Positions 54,513-63,044 of a DNA stretch of 64,000 nt are shown one piece after another (the stretch's first letter is position 1; every line of letters begins with the position of its first letter). The DNA lies in NCBI GenBank assembly GCA_023898665.1, contig CP060233.1, positions 82,801-146,800 on the forward strand. The letters run 5' to 3'. Under the pieces are notes generated by a model. It did no database searches. It had not been told where the DNA came from and was given only the letters and a program-made list of their open reading frames with translations. Made by a program: the position numbers and the translations under genes. Source of the DNA: Candidatus Nomurabacteria bacterium (GTDB lineage Bacteria > Patescibacteriota > Saccharimonadia > Saccharimonadales > HK-STAS-PATE-42).

Positions 54513-55472
54513 TTAGGCGAAACCATACCAATTCTGAGCTCGTCTTTGGTTAGGCTCTTTAACTGCTGTGCGTTGCTCTTCAAACCTGGCCATCCTTGCC
54601 TCCATTGATCCGGCATTTTGCTGTATCGCTGCGAGCACTCTTGCATCTCTCTCTTCTTGTGTACCAATGACTGTGCGAGGGTTTGCAGCGCTTCTAAGTG
54701 CTGTATTAATCCCCCTTGTAACGAAGTTTCTACCGCCATATCTACTACCTGCCCTGGCATCAGTTCGTCGTTCTGCAACACGGCCAGCTTCCCATTTTTT
54801 GGTTTTGTCGATGAGTCCTTTGTCCTTATTGTTGACTATGCCTGCAACTTTACCTATTGCTCCGCCCGCTAGACTAAAGGCCTTACCTATCAGGAAGTAC
54901 GGAGCTATTAGTATGGCGACTGCCCCGAGTTGATAAAGCATTCCCGCTGCGCCACTATCTCCTCCTTGACTAATTATTCCTGATGCAACACGACTAAGAG
55001 CAAAAAATGCCATGACAAACGGGTACATTAGCATTAACTTGCTGAACCAGTCCCACCACTTCTTAAACCAACTTTCTGTTTGAGGTAAAATCCCTGCCGC
55101 TATGGCTAGGGGGGCCACTATTATTAAGCCGATTAAGGCAACCCTCCGAATCATAACTACTGCGAAGGCCAGTAATATGCCGGTGGCGCCCGCGACTGCT
55201 ACCCCTAAGATTGGTATAAGACCAAGCCCTACTGAGCCGATTGCGAGGCCTAGGGCAACTGCTAAGACGGCACTAAAAGTGTTGCCAGTACCGCTAAAAT
55301 CAATTGTTGTGAGTGTGCCTGAGAATGGAGCAAGAATAAGACCATACGCAGATTCACCCAGCGCGTTAACGGCTCTAATAAAAATATCCATTAGTGCCCA
55401 AGAAAGATTTATGCCCACTAAAGCCATAACAGCCCTTGGTATGATCTTTTTTATGTCGTATGCGCTAAACAT
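54513..55472 (-). CDS. VirB6/TrbL-like polytopic T4SS membrane protein (reading frame apparently continues after frame breaks)
   Basis: 319 aa with about 6 Gly/Ala-rich TM helices, next to PrgI-like and pilin genes. The C-terminal region continues in other frames down to ~54176. The functional call rests on topology and context. Confidence 0.55.
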   Translation of the reverse strand: MFSAYDIKKIIPRAVMALVGINLSWALMDIFIRAVNALGESAYGLILAPFSGTLTTIDFSGTGNTFSAVLAVALGLAIGSVGLGLIPILGVAVAGATGILLAFAVVMIRRVALIGLIIVAPLAIAAGILPQTESWFKKWWDWFSKLMLMYPFVMAFFALSRVASGIISQGGDSGAAGMLYQLGAVAILIAPYFLIGKAFSLAGGAIGKVAGIVNNKDKGLIDKTKKWEAGRVAERRTDARAGSRYGGRNFVTRGINTALRSAANPRTVIGTQEERDARVLAAIQQNAGSMEARMARFEEQRTAVKEPNQRRAQNWYGFA

Positions 55473-55483
55473 CTTTCTTTATT

Positions 55484-56920
55484 TTATCCTTTTATAGCTT
55501 TAACAAGTAATGCAATTAAGAATCCAATTATTAAGAGTATTGTTCCTAGACTTCTGAAAATATTCCAACTATCCTTTATAGATTGAGCGCCTTCGGTGCT
55601 TGTACCGATTTCGTCAACCTTAAACTTCAGAGCAGTTTCTATAGTTCCTTGGAGTACTTCCGTAAAACTTATTATTTTGTCTATCACTGGACAGACAAAC
55701 CAGCCTAAGAAATCATCAGAGCTAAGACATGCGTCAGCTTCTGAGGCACTACTGCTAGAAGATGAGGTGCCCGTGTTGTTTGTAAGGTCGTCTGCTATGC
55801 CTTCGGTTGCGATACCAAGTTGGCTTAACATTGACTTGAGGCTGGTCCCAAAGGCCGGGTCAGAAAGTAGGCAAGTTTTTAGTGTGTTAGCTTGTTCGCT
55901 TGTTGCTTCAATAGTACTAGAGCCTGCTCCAGTGTAAACGAGGTTGTCTTTAATTTCTCCTGAAATTAACCATTCTGCAATAGAATCTGTGCCTATTACT
56001 GGTAGGGACGCTGCGGCAGTACAGAATTTAATGATGTCTGGATTCGAATTTAAGAGTGAAAGCATGGGTCCTCTAACAGCACTATCTACAACTTCACTTA
56101 AATTAGAGGCACGTATATTTGCATATAGGTTTTGAGGGTTGTTGCGGAGTATACTTGTGGTGACGTTGTTTTCAGACATGAAGGTTATAAGGTCAAGATT
56201 GCCCGATTGAGCACGAGACGCGAGACGCGAACAGGTTACTTTTTCGATGTCTCCAATGCCCACAGGGATGTTTGAACCATCGTCCTTTCCGTTCACATAC
56301 TTATAGTCTTTGGAGAGTCCTGATATATCGCTTGTGCCGTCTGTTGACTCTTTAAAACATTCCGCAAATGCTATCGAATATCTTATTTTTTCAATATCAC
56401 CAGTGTCGGCTGCCCCAACAAAAAGGCTGGCAAGAAGTTTCTCAGAGGCTTTTATTCTTTCGGTTTCGTCTTTACGGTTATATTGCGAACCTACCTTGTC
56501 ATAAAAAAGATCTATAAAATCTGAGGTACTCCCGAAAGCCTCAGAAATTCTGCTTTTTCCTGGTACTACTAACTCCTCACAGGCCACAACTCCATCGTCT
56601 CCACTGACTCCTCCAGAGTATTCGAGGTCATGCCCTACGGTTAATCTCCCTTTATTGCCTTCACCTGTTCTAAAGATGTCCATTCTTGCATACTCTGAAG
56701 AGTCTAAGCTCTCTTTAAGTGCTGGACTACCCCCATCGTCTGTGGCTAGTGTGCATCTTGCAATTGCGTTAACCCAGCGAGCGGTAAGATATTGTGCCGG
56801 TATAGGGGAGTTGGTTGGTGTGGAGGCATCTGCTTGACCACTACTAACAGTTACTAATGCAGTAAGTAGTGGCAGTAAAAACAATAAACACAAGATCCTG
56901 TTTAATCTTTTTTTGATCAT
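55484..56920 (-). CDS. Secreted/extracytoplasmic protein with a C-terminal TM anchor (478 aa), T4SS-locus associated
   Basis: Signal peptide (LCLLFLLPLLTALVTVSSGQA), several Cys residues, a Ser-run linker and a terminal TM helix (LGTILLIIGFLIALLV). It sits 11 nt upstream of the VirB6-like gene. Confidence 0.62.
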   Translation of the reverse strand: MIKKRLNRILCLLFLLPLLTALVTVSSGQADASTPTNSPIPAQYLTARWVNAIARCTLATDDGGSPALKESLDSSEYARMDIFRTGEGNKGRLTVGHDLEYSGGVSGDDGVVACEELVVPGKSRISEAFGSTSDFIDLFYDKVGSQYNRKDETERIKASEKLLASLFVGAADTGDIEKIRYSIAFAECFKESTDGTSDISGLSKDYKYVNGKDDGSNIPVGIGDIEKVTCSRLASRAQSGNLDLITFMSENNVTTSILRNNPQNLYANIRASNLSEVVDSAVRGPMLSLLNSNPDIIKFCTAAASLPVIGTDSIAEWLISGEIKDNLVYTGAGSSTIEATSEQANTLKTCLLSDPAFGTSLKSMLSQLGIATEGIADDLTNNTGTSSSSSSASEADACLSSDDFLGWFVCPVIDKIISFTEVLQGTIETALKFKVDEIGTSTEGAQSIKDSWNIFRSLGTILLIIGFLIALLVKAIKG

Positions 56921-56922
56921 AC

Positions 56923-57459
56923 TTATTTTTCTTCAATTTCCCCCACTAAAAACTTTGAGGTTTCAGTAATATAGTCTAAGGATTCTTTATTCGTAGCATT
57001 GATTGTTATGAGCCATATATAGTTTTGTTTTATTCCATAAATTTTAGACATTGTTCCATTTATTGAGTCAAGTAGAAGCCTTGTTCCGTCTGAAAGCACT
57101 ACTACCTTAAGGTCGTCTTTAGGCAAATTACTCAGCTCCAGGAGACCCTTTAACTTGCTTATGTCGTCGCTTGAGCTATCTTTTTTTATAAAGCGTGTAA
57201 TTTCTATTGAGCTATTTTTTAAGTTTTCACTATCTCCAACATATGTTGAGGTAATGGACTCTGGTGTAGATGAGGTAACCTCAAAGTCTTTAGGTATGCT
57301 ATATGAGAAATATCGTCCATCTAAAGAATATAATGTATTGTCAATATTCTTATCTTTGCTGTTACCTTGAAGTAGCATACCTACTATAAGAATAGCGCTC
57401 AAAACAGCGATTCCACCAACTATGTAGATTTTATTTCGTTGATTTTTTTGAGGGGTCAT
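56923..57459 (-). CDS. Membrane-anchored hypothetical protein (178 aa), first gene of the minus-strand T4SS-like operon
   Basis: An N-terminal TM helix (IYIVGGIAVLSAILIVGMLL) and a soluble domain. Its stop is 2 nt from the next gene's start. Confidence 0.58.
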   Translation of the reverse strand: MTPQKNQRNKIYIVGGIAVLSAILIVGMLLQGNSKDKNIDNTLYSLDGRYFSYSIPKDFEVTSSTPESITSTYVGDSENLKNSSIEITRFIKKDSSSDDISKLKGLLELSNLPKDDLKVVVLSDGTRLLLDSINGTMSKIYGIKQNYIWLITINATNKESLDYITETSKFLVGEIEEK

Positions 57460-57526
57460 TTTTGATTTTACTTATATAATAATGTTAACAACAAAACTGC
57501 TTAATTTCCAGCTTATATAAGTGGTG

Positions 57527-57532
57527 TATAAT
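57527..57532 (+). promoter_or_regulatory. Candidate -10 box (TATAAT) for the pilin operon
   Basis: TATAAT ends 7 nt before the ATG at 57540 and no Shine-Dalgarno sequence is visible, which suggests a leaderless or very short leader transcript. Confidence 0.3.
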
Positions 57533-57539
57533 TTTTGAT

Positions 57540-57809
57540 ATGATCGCTGGATTAAGTTTAATTGCAGTTACTGAAACGAGGGAGCTCTCTGAGATATATG
57601 GTTATCTTGCTGACTTTACTCAGCTTTTGACTCTTTTAATTGGTGCGGTCTTAATTATAAGTACTATTGTCGCTGGAATTCAGTACACTACCGCAGGCGG
57701 TTCAAGTGAGAAGGTAGAAAAAGCTAAAGCGAGATTGGCAAGTAATGTTATGGTTTTGGCTATATATCTGTTTTCTGCGGCGGTATTAAATTGGATATTA
57801 CCAGGTTAA
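57540..57809 (+). CDS. T4SS pilin-like protein, paralogue 1 (VirB2/TrbC-like two-helix protein)
   Basis: C-terminal module LLIGAVLIISTIVAGIQYTTAGGSSEKVEKAKARLASNVMVLAIYLF aligns with the five downstream paralogues. Confidence 0.6.
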   Translation: MIAGLSLIAVTETRELSEIYGYLADFTQLLTLLIGAVLIISTIVAGIQYTTAGGSSEKVEKAKARLASNVMVLAIYLFSAAVLNWILPG

Positions 57810-57814
57810 GCTTT

Positions 57815-58312
57815 ATGAGATTTTATAAAAGAATAATTTTAGTTTTTATTTTTACTGCACTTTCACTAAGCTTAATTGGTGCAAAAAATGCTAGTGCACT
57901 GAGTGTCGGTGAATCTTGTGATGTTGAGGACAACTCGCTGTTGGGGGTGCCAACTTGGTACAAATATCTCCCTGCTGAAGGATCTTTACAGATTGTGCCA
58001 CTGAAGGCGGGGGGCTATGAAGAGAAAGTTGTTTGTCAGCCTACTTTAAAAACAATCGATGATGAGAAGATCCCAATAAATAATATTTTGCTAATTGTTG
58101 CTGCTATAACTGAGATATTGATTAGGATCGCTGGTCTTGCGGCATTTATTTACTTAATATATGGGGGGTTTATGTATCTAACGTCTGGTGGGAACTCTGA
58201 AAATATTAGCAAAGCAGGTACCACTCTTTTGAATGCGGCTATTGGTCTAGGTATTGCAATCTCAGCAACTGCATTTATTAGTTTTTTCGCAGGAAGATTA
58301 GCCCAAAAGTAA
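57815..58312 (+). CDS. T4SS pilin-like protein, paralogue 2
   Basis: Signal peptide, a variable region with 2 Cys, then IYLIYGGFMYLTSGGNSENISKAGTTLLNAAIGLGIAI. ATG 57815 is preferred over the track start at 57791. Confidence 0.7.
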   Translation: MRFYKRIILVFIFTALSLSLIGAKNASALSVGESCDVEDNSLLGVPTWYKYLPAEGSLQIVPLKAGGYEEKVVCQPTLKTIDDEKIPINNILLIVAAITEILIRIAGLAAFIYLIYGGFMYLTSGGNSENISKAGTTLLNAAIGLGIAISATAFISFFAGRLAQK

Positions 58313-58360
58313 ACTCCATTGCTTATCCCCTAATGAGTTTTTTTGTGTTAAACTAGGGTT

Positions 58361-58654
58361 ATGTTTGCTACCCTATTATTTAAGCTTTCTAATATATACG
58401 AAGATGCAGGCCTACCTAATGCGAATACTAGTAATTTGGTAACTAATGTTAAGAATCTAGTCTTTGTGGCAGCTGCTGTAGTTGCTCTCTACTTCTTAGT
58501 AATTGCAGGGATGAACTATGTGACCTCATCTGGTAATGCAGAAAAAGCCAAGAAAGCGACACAAACTATAATTTTTGCATCTTTAGGTCTATTTCTAATA
58601 TTAATGAGCTATACGATTATCACCTGGGTATTTAAGATAGGTACAGCAAAATAA
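58361..58654 (+). CDS. T4SS pilin-like protein, paralogue 3
   Basis: LVIAGMNYVTSSGNAEKAKKATQTIIFASLGLFLIL module. Confidence 0.65.
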   Translation: MFATLLFKLSNIYEDAGLPNANTSNLVTNVKNLVFVAAAVVALYFLVIAGMNYVTSSGNAEKAKKATQTIIFASLGLFLILMSYTIITWVFKIGTAK

Positions 58655-58664
58655 AATAAAAAAT

Positions 58665-59144
58665 ATGAAGAGGATAGCAAGATTATTACGAGCAGGGTTA
58701 ATGCTGAGCTATTTATTTATAGTAATGTTTTTCGGATTTGGTGCGCAGTCATCTGCTCTAGTAGATTGTGATCCTAACCCCGCTGATCCTCTAAAATGTT
58801 TCTGTGAGAACATCAAGGATGATCTACCAGAGGCAACTGATGAACAAAAGTCTATCTGTGACCTGAAAGATGTTGAGCAGAGTCCAACATCTGACGAGAC
58901 TTTGCTGGGTAAAAACGGGATTATTAAGAAGGTTCTTAACCTTCTCTCATGGCTAACAGGTTTGTTGGCAGCAGTCTATCTTATTATTGGAGGAGCTAAG
59001 ATTATTACAAGCGGTGGTAACAGTGATTCTGTCACGTCCGGTAGAAAGATGATTATTTATGCGCTTGTGGGTATTGTAGTTGTAATTTCTAGCAATTTGA
59101 TTATAAACTTTGTAATAGGATTAGTTAATAATGCAAGTAAATAA
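58665..59144 (+). CDS. T4SS pilin-like protein, paralogue 4
   Basis: Signal peptide, a 4-Cys variable head (CDPNPADPLKCFC...C), then YLIIGGAKIITSGGNSDSVTSGRKMIIYALVGIVVV. Confidence 0.72.
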   Translation: MKRIARLLRAGLMLSYLFIVMFFGFGAQSSALVDCDPNPADPLKCFCENIKDDLPEATDEQKSICDLKDVEQSPTSDETLLGKNGIIKKVLNLLSWLTGLLAAVYLIIGGAKIITSGGNSDSVTSGRKMIIYALVGIVVVISSNLIINFVIGLVNNASK

Positions 59145-59612
59145 ATGAAGAGATTAAAAAGTTTAGCGTTAAGCTTAATAATTATATTTTCTACGTTAGT
59201 AGTAGTACCAGTTGTTAGTGCGAGTAATGATGCTGGTAATCAGGCTTGTGCAGGACTAGAGAGCTTGGGAGTTGATTGTAATGCGGATGGCAGAACGGCA
59301 GAGGAGATTGCAAAGCAGCCGATAAAATCTCTTATAAATACTTTTTCTATTATTCTTGGTGCAGTTGCTGTGATAATGATAATTTATGGTGGATTTAAAT
59401 TTGTAACGAGCGGTGGAGATGCCGATAGTACTAAGGCCGCTCGAAATACTATTATTTATGCGGCGATTGGATTGGTGGTCGTGCTGATCGCGCAAAGTAT
59501 TGTCTACTTTGTATTTAGACAAGCTAAAACATTGCAGAACATTCCGGAGTCTACAGAAGACCCTGCGGCTGTTTTGATTATTGACAATAGGAACCCTGGT
59601 ACTATAAGCTAA
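59145..59612 (+). CDS. T4SS pilin-like protein, paralogue 5
   Basis: Signal peptide, a 2-Cys head, then MIIYGGFKFVTSGGDADSTKAARNTIIYAAIGLVVVLI. Its start abuts the stop of paralogue 4. Confidence 0.75.
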   Translation: MKRLKSLALSLIIIFSTLVVVPVVSASNDAGNQACAGLESLGVDCNADGRTAEEIAKQPIKSLINTFSIILGAVAVIMIIYGGFKFVTSGGDADSTKAARNTIIYAAIGLVVVLIAQSIVYFVFRQAKTLQNIPESTEDPAAVLIIDNRNPGTIS

Positions 59613-59673
59613 AGATTATAAAGGTGGTACTCTGCTAAACTACCCTAATTTAAAGAAGGTAATAATAAATACT

Positions 59674-60117
59674 ATGAAATTAATTAAAAAATTATTAAGT
59701 TTAACTGTAGCTTTTGCTTTTGTGCTAAGTTCAGTCGCTTTAGTACCAGCGCCTTCGAGTGCAGAATCGTTTAACGACGGTGTTTGTAGAGGTGTTAATA
59801 CGGTATTGAACGATACTGGTGGAACAATCAGCACAGATACTAATTGCGCTGAGGGAGACGGAAACGACCAGCTTGCACAACTTGTTAATAATCTAATTAA
59901 CCTTTTCTCAATTATCGTAGGTGCAGTATCTGTAATTATGATAATTTATGGTGGATTCAAGTACATAACGAGCGGAGGGAGTGATGATGCAACTAAGTCT
60001 GCGAAGAACACAATTCTTTATGCATTAGTCGGTTTAATTATTGTGTTGATTTCTCAGACTATCGTTAAGTTTGTATTTAGTAAGGCACTAAGCTTAAACA
60101 ATGGAGGATCAGAATAA
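59674..60117 (+). CDS. T4SS pilin-like protein, paralogue 6
   Basis: Signal peptide, a 2-Cys head, then MIIYGGFKYITSGGSDDATKSAKNTILYALVGLIIVLI. Confidence 0.75.
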   Translation: MKLIKKLLSLTVAFAFVLSSVALVPAPSSAESFNDGVCRGVNTVLNDTGGTISTDTNCAEGDGNDQLAQLVNNLINLFSIIVGAVSVIMIIYGGFKYITSGGSDDATKSAKNTILYALVGLIIVLISQTIVKFVFSKALSLNNGGSE

Positions 60118-60146
60118 TAAGTTATTCTGAATAATCATTTTAACAA

Positions 60147-60174
60147 ATAACCACCAAAATCTGGTGGTTATTTT
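60147..60174. terminator. Bidirectional hairpin terminator after the pilin array
   Basis: ATAACCACCA-aaatc-TGGTGGTTAT, a perfect 10-bp stem, followed by TTTAATTT. It lies between convergent genes. Confidence 0.7.
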
Positions 60175-60193
60175 AATTTAGTAAGAAAGATTA

Positions 60194-60403
60194 TTACTTC
60201 TTTTTTGAGGCGACTTTCTTCTTTGCTGTACTAGTAGCTTTTGAAGCGGTCTTTGAAACTTTTGCTCCAGCAGCTTTAACATCCTTGGCGTTTACTTTGC
60301 CATCTTTGTTAACATCAGCAGCCTTTACAGCTTTTTTAGCTGTTGATTCAGCTACTTTTTCTGTCTTTTTAAAAACACTTTTTAGTTTTGATGTAAGGCT
60401 CAT
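60194..60403 (-). CDS. Small Lys/Ala-rich basic protein (69 aa)
   Basis: AKKAVKAADVNKDGKVNAKDVKAAGAKVSKTASKATSTAKKKVASKKK; GGAG lies upstream of the ATG. Function unknown. Confidence 0.5.
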   Translation of the reverse strand: MSLTSKLKSVFKKTEKVAESTAKKAVKAADVNKDGKVNAKDVKAAGAKVSKTASKATSTAKKKVASKKK

Positions 60404-60509
60404 TTTATTTTCTCCTTTTGATATTAAAATTAGTTGAGCTGATTAGTAATTCTAACATAAGTATCACTTCTCTTCCAAGGGGTAAGCTCTGATATAATAC
60501 TTTAGAAGA

Positions 60510-60599
60510 GGAGAGGTGGCCGAGTGGTTGAAGGCGCACGCTTGGAAAGCGTGTATGCGTGCAAACGTATCGCAGGTTCGAATCCTGTTCTCTCCGCCA
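60510..60599 (+). tRNA. tRNA-Ser (anticodon GGA), long variable arm
   Basis: GGAGAGG TG GCCGAGTGGTTGAAGGCG CACGC TTGGAAA GCGTG + variable arm + GCAGG TTCGAAT CCTGT TCTCTCC G CCA. Confidence 0.88.
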
Positions 60600-60605
60600 G
60601 AATTG

Positions 60606-62015
60606 TTAATATTTCTTGCTGTACCCTAGTTTAGTAAGTTCTTCTTTTACTATTGCGTATTCATCCCAGGGGATCTTTACTCCGGCTATGATGCTACTTG
60701 GGTCTGTTCCTTTTCCGGTTATTAAAACAATGTCATTCTTTTTTGCTAAGCTCAAGGCTTTGGAGATTCCTTCTTTTCTGTCTTGGATCTGATAAATTCC
60801 TTTTAGTTCTGGCCTGACTTTTTTGCAGCCTTTTACGATGTCATTAATAATATCTTGAGGGTCATCGTCGTATACGTCGTCGTTACTAATGACTACTGAG
60901 TCACAATATCTAGCGGCTATCTCTCCCATGATAGGGCGCTTTTTAATGTCTCTGCCCCCTCCTTGTCCGCAGATAAGACTAATTATCTTTCCTCCTTTAG
61001 GGAGTGATTCTTTAGCCCACTCTACTAATTGTTGTAAGCCGCTTTCCTCGTGGGCATAGTCGATTACTACCGTAAAGGGCTGTCCCTGCTTTATTAGGTT
61101 CATTCTCCCAGGTACGCCACCATAACTTTCTAATCTTTTTGAAATAGTTTTTGGGTTTAGTCCAATAATCTGTGCGGTTGCTATAGCTGCTGTGGCATTT
61201 GATATGTTTATTTTGCCGGGTATATTAAGCTTAAATCTAGTGTTTTTAAGTTTAAATGTGCTGTCTTCAATACCAGACTCTATATGGGCAGGCTTAAAGT
61301 CACTTTCTTCTTTTACCGAATAGGAGAATTTTTGATCTGCTTTGAATTTTGTATATTCTCCATAGAATTCGGAATCTTTATTGGCAAGAATTGTCTTTGG
61401 GAATTTACTTCCATTTATTTTCTTTTTCTTTAACCTGTGGAAGATAGATAATAGTCTCTTGTTGTGTTTGTGTAATAGTTCTAGGCTGTTTTTATGAACG
61501 GCTAAGATCTCGTTCGTGACATTTGTAAAAATAATGATGTCGAAGTTGATGCCGATATGGCGCCAGTTTTGCTGAGCTTCACTCGGGACTTCTAGTATGG
61601 CATATTTGCATCCACTTTTTTTCATTTGTGAAAGTAACTTTTGGGTGTGCCAACGTCCAGGCATAGTTTTGTGCCAATGGTTCTTTACTCTCCTGTTACC
61701 TATTTGGATGTCCGCCGTACCGATTAAGCCGGCAGGTTTTTTTTTGTCATTTAGTATTCCCCATAAGATGTTTGCTGTGGTGGTCTTCCCTTTTGAGCCT
61801 ACAATACCAATTACCAGCAATGATCTGCTTGGATTTTTGTATATAACTTGAGCAACTCTGGCCTCTATGTAGTGCTGTAGCTGAAAGACCCAACTTGGCA
61901 GGAGCCTTCTTAGCAGGTTAAGCGTCATGTGTACTATTCTTTTTTTGGGCGACATAATTAAGCTTAATTCTAGCAGATTAACTATTATTAAGTTTTTGTT
62001 AAGACTTATGCACAT
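60606..62015 (-). CDS. murE: UDP-N-acetylmuramoyl-L-alanyl-D-glutamate--diamino acid ligase (MurE-like Mur ligase)
   Basis: [67 protein letters not shown] and ITGKGTD follow the MurE motif order. The true start is probably internal (MSPKK at 61955). Confidence 0.8.
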   Translation of the reverse strand: MCISLNKNLIIVNLLELSLIMSPKKRIVHMTLNLLRRLLPSWVFQLQHYIEARVAQVIYKNPSRSLLVIGIVGSKGKTTTANILWGILNDKKKPAGLIGTADIQIGNRRVKNHWHKTMPGRWHTQKLLSQMKKSGCKYAILEVPSEAQQNWRHIGINFDIIIFTNVTNEILAVHKNSLELLHKHNKRLLSIFHRLKKKKINGSKFPKTILANKDSEFYGEYTKFKADQKFSYSVKEESDFKPAHIESGIEDSTFKLKNTRFKLNIPGKINISNATAAIATAQIIGLNPKTISKRLESYGGVPGRMNLIKQGQPFTVVIDYAHEESGLQQLVEWAKESLPKGGKIISLICGQGGGRDIKKRPIMGEIAARYCDSVVISNDDVYDDDPQDIINDIVKGCKKVRPELKGIYQIQDRKEGISKALSLAKKNDIVLITGKGTDPSSIIAGVKIPWDEYAIVKEELTKLGYSKKY

Positions 62016-62137
62016 CAGTATTCTCTACTCTGTTAAAGATGTGTATAAGTGATAATTAATGTGGAAAAGACTTAAAGAAGAAAGTTGCATAAGTGTACAT
62101 GTAATGATTTAAAAAGCTTTTATTTGGTATTATTTTA

Positions 62138-62689
62138 TTGATGAGTAGTTTTGATTTAAGTGCCTTTGTTAAGAAGCCAATTGTTATGATTGGGGGTGTC
62201 ATTATTATCTTGATATTGTTGTTCATGATTTTTTTTGGAGGAGGAGGTGGTGAAGATCCTACTGCTAAATCAGTTAAAAACTTAAGTAATCAGCACCAAG
62301 CTCTTGTCAATTTAATTGATGGATATTCGAGGAGCGTAAAAAGTGCGAATCTTAAGTCTAATATATCTCAAGTTTCAATAATCCTAATAGCGAATAAGAA
62401 TGATCTGGATACTTACTTCTCTGGGTTAAGTAAGGAGAGTAGAAAAGTTAAGTCAACTGTAAGTACGAAGCCTAAAAAAGACCTTATCACTAGGCTCGAT
62501 CAGGCGAAAATCTCTAATAATCTTGATTCTGAGATTAAATCAGTGGTATTGAGTGAGCTTCAGTTGATAGAGAATGCTATTCAGAAGATTAAGAAAGAAA
62601 ATTCAAATAAAGCTAGTCTATCGGTCTTGACAGATAAACTTATATTAAATAATCAGACTATAATTACACGGCTTAATGAATCAAGGTAA
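62138..62689 (+). CDS. Membrane-anchored hypothetical protein (183 aa)
   Basis: An N-terminal TM helix (IVMIGGVIIILILLFMIFF) with a Gly run, then a helical soluble part. Confidence 0.55.
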   Translation: MMSSFDLSAFVKKPIVMIGGVIIILILLFMIFFGGGGGEDPTAKSVKNLSNQHQALVNLIDGYSRSVKSANLKSNISQVSIILIANKNDLDTYFSGLSKESRKVKSTVSTKPKKDLITRLDQAKISNNLDSEIKSVVLSELQLIENAIQKIKKENSNKASLSVLTDKLILNNQTIITRLNESR

Positions 62690-62810
62690 TATTTGATAGA
62701 TAGACCTTTATCTCATTTATCAGCGGTGTTATAATAAGCTTTTAGATACAAAGGGTATGGATTTATTAATCTTCTTTTGTTTTGCATATAAACAGTTAAA
62801 AATTTATTTA

Positions 62811-62899
62811 GCGCGGGTGGTGGAATTGGTAGACACGCAGGCTTGAGGGGCCTGTGGCCGATTTAGGCCGTGGAGGTTCAAGTCCTCTTCCGCGCACCA
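62811..62899 (+). tRNA. tRNA-Leu (anticodon GAG)
   Basis: GCGCGGG TG GTGGAATTGGTAGACACG CAGGC TTGAGGG GCCTG + variable arm + GGAGG TTCAAGT CCTCT TCCGCGC A CCA. Confidence 0.88.
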
Positions 62900-62945
62900 T
62901 GCCTCGCTTTTTTAAAGCTTTGTAGGTTAAATCATTTAAAAATTA

Positions 62946-63032
62946 GGGCGAGTGGCGGAATTGGTATACGCGACGGACTTAAAATCCGTTGAGAGCAATC
63001 TCGTGAGGGTTCAAGTCCCTCCTCGCCCACCA
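62946..63032 (+). tRNA. tRNA-Leu (anticodon UAA)
   Basis: GGGCGAG TG GCGGAATTGGTATACGCG ACGGA CTTAAAA TCCGT + variable arm + GAGGG TTCAAGT CCCTC CTCGCCC A CCA. Confidence 0.88.
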
Positions 63033-63044
63033 CTTTGGTTTGCT

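Noticed and set aside
24794-54800. Possibility that the broken genes reflect an alternative genetic code (UGA reassignment as in Gracilibacteria/Absconditabacteria), because several breaks end in TGA.
   Set aside because: All conserved genes are full length under the standard bacterial code. Reading through the TGA codons quickly meets further stops, whereas a frame change opens long protein-like ORFs.
62952-63044. N-terminal part of track ORF 62952-63410.
   Set aside because: It is read straight through tRNA-Leu(UAA). Only the part from ATG 63045 can be a gene.
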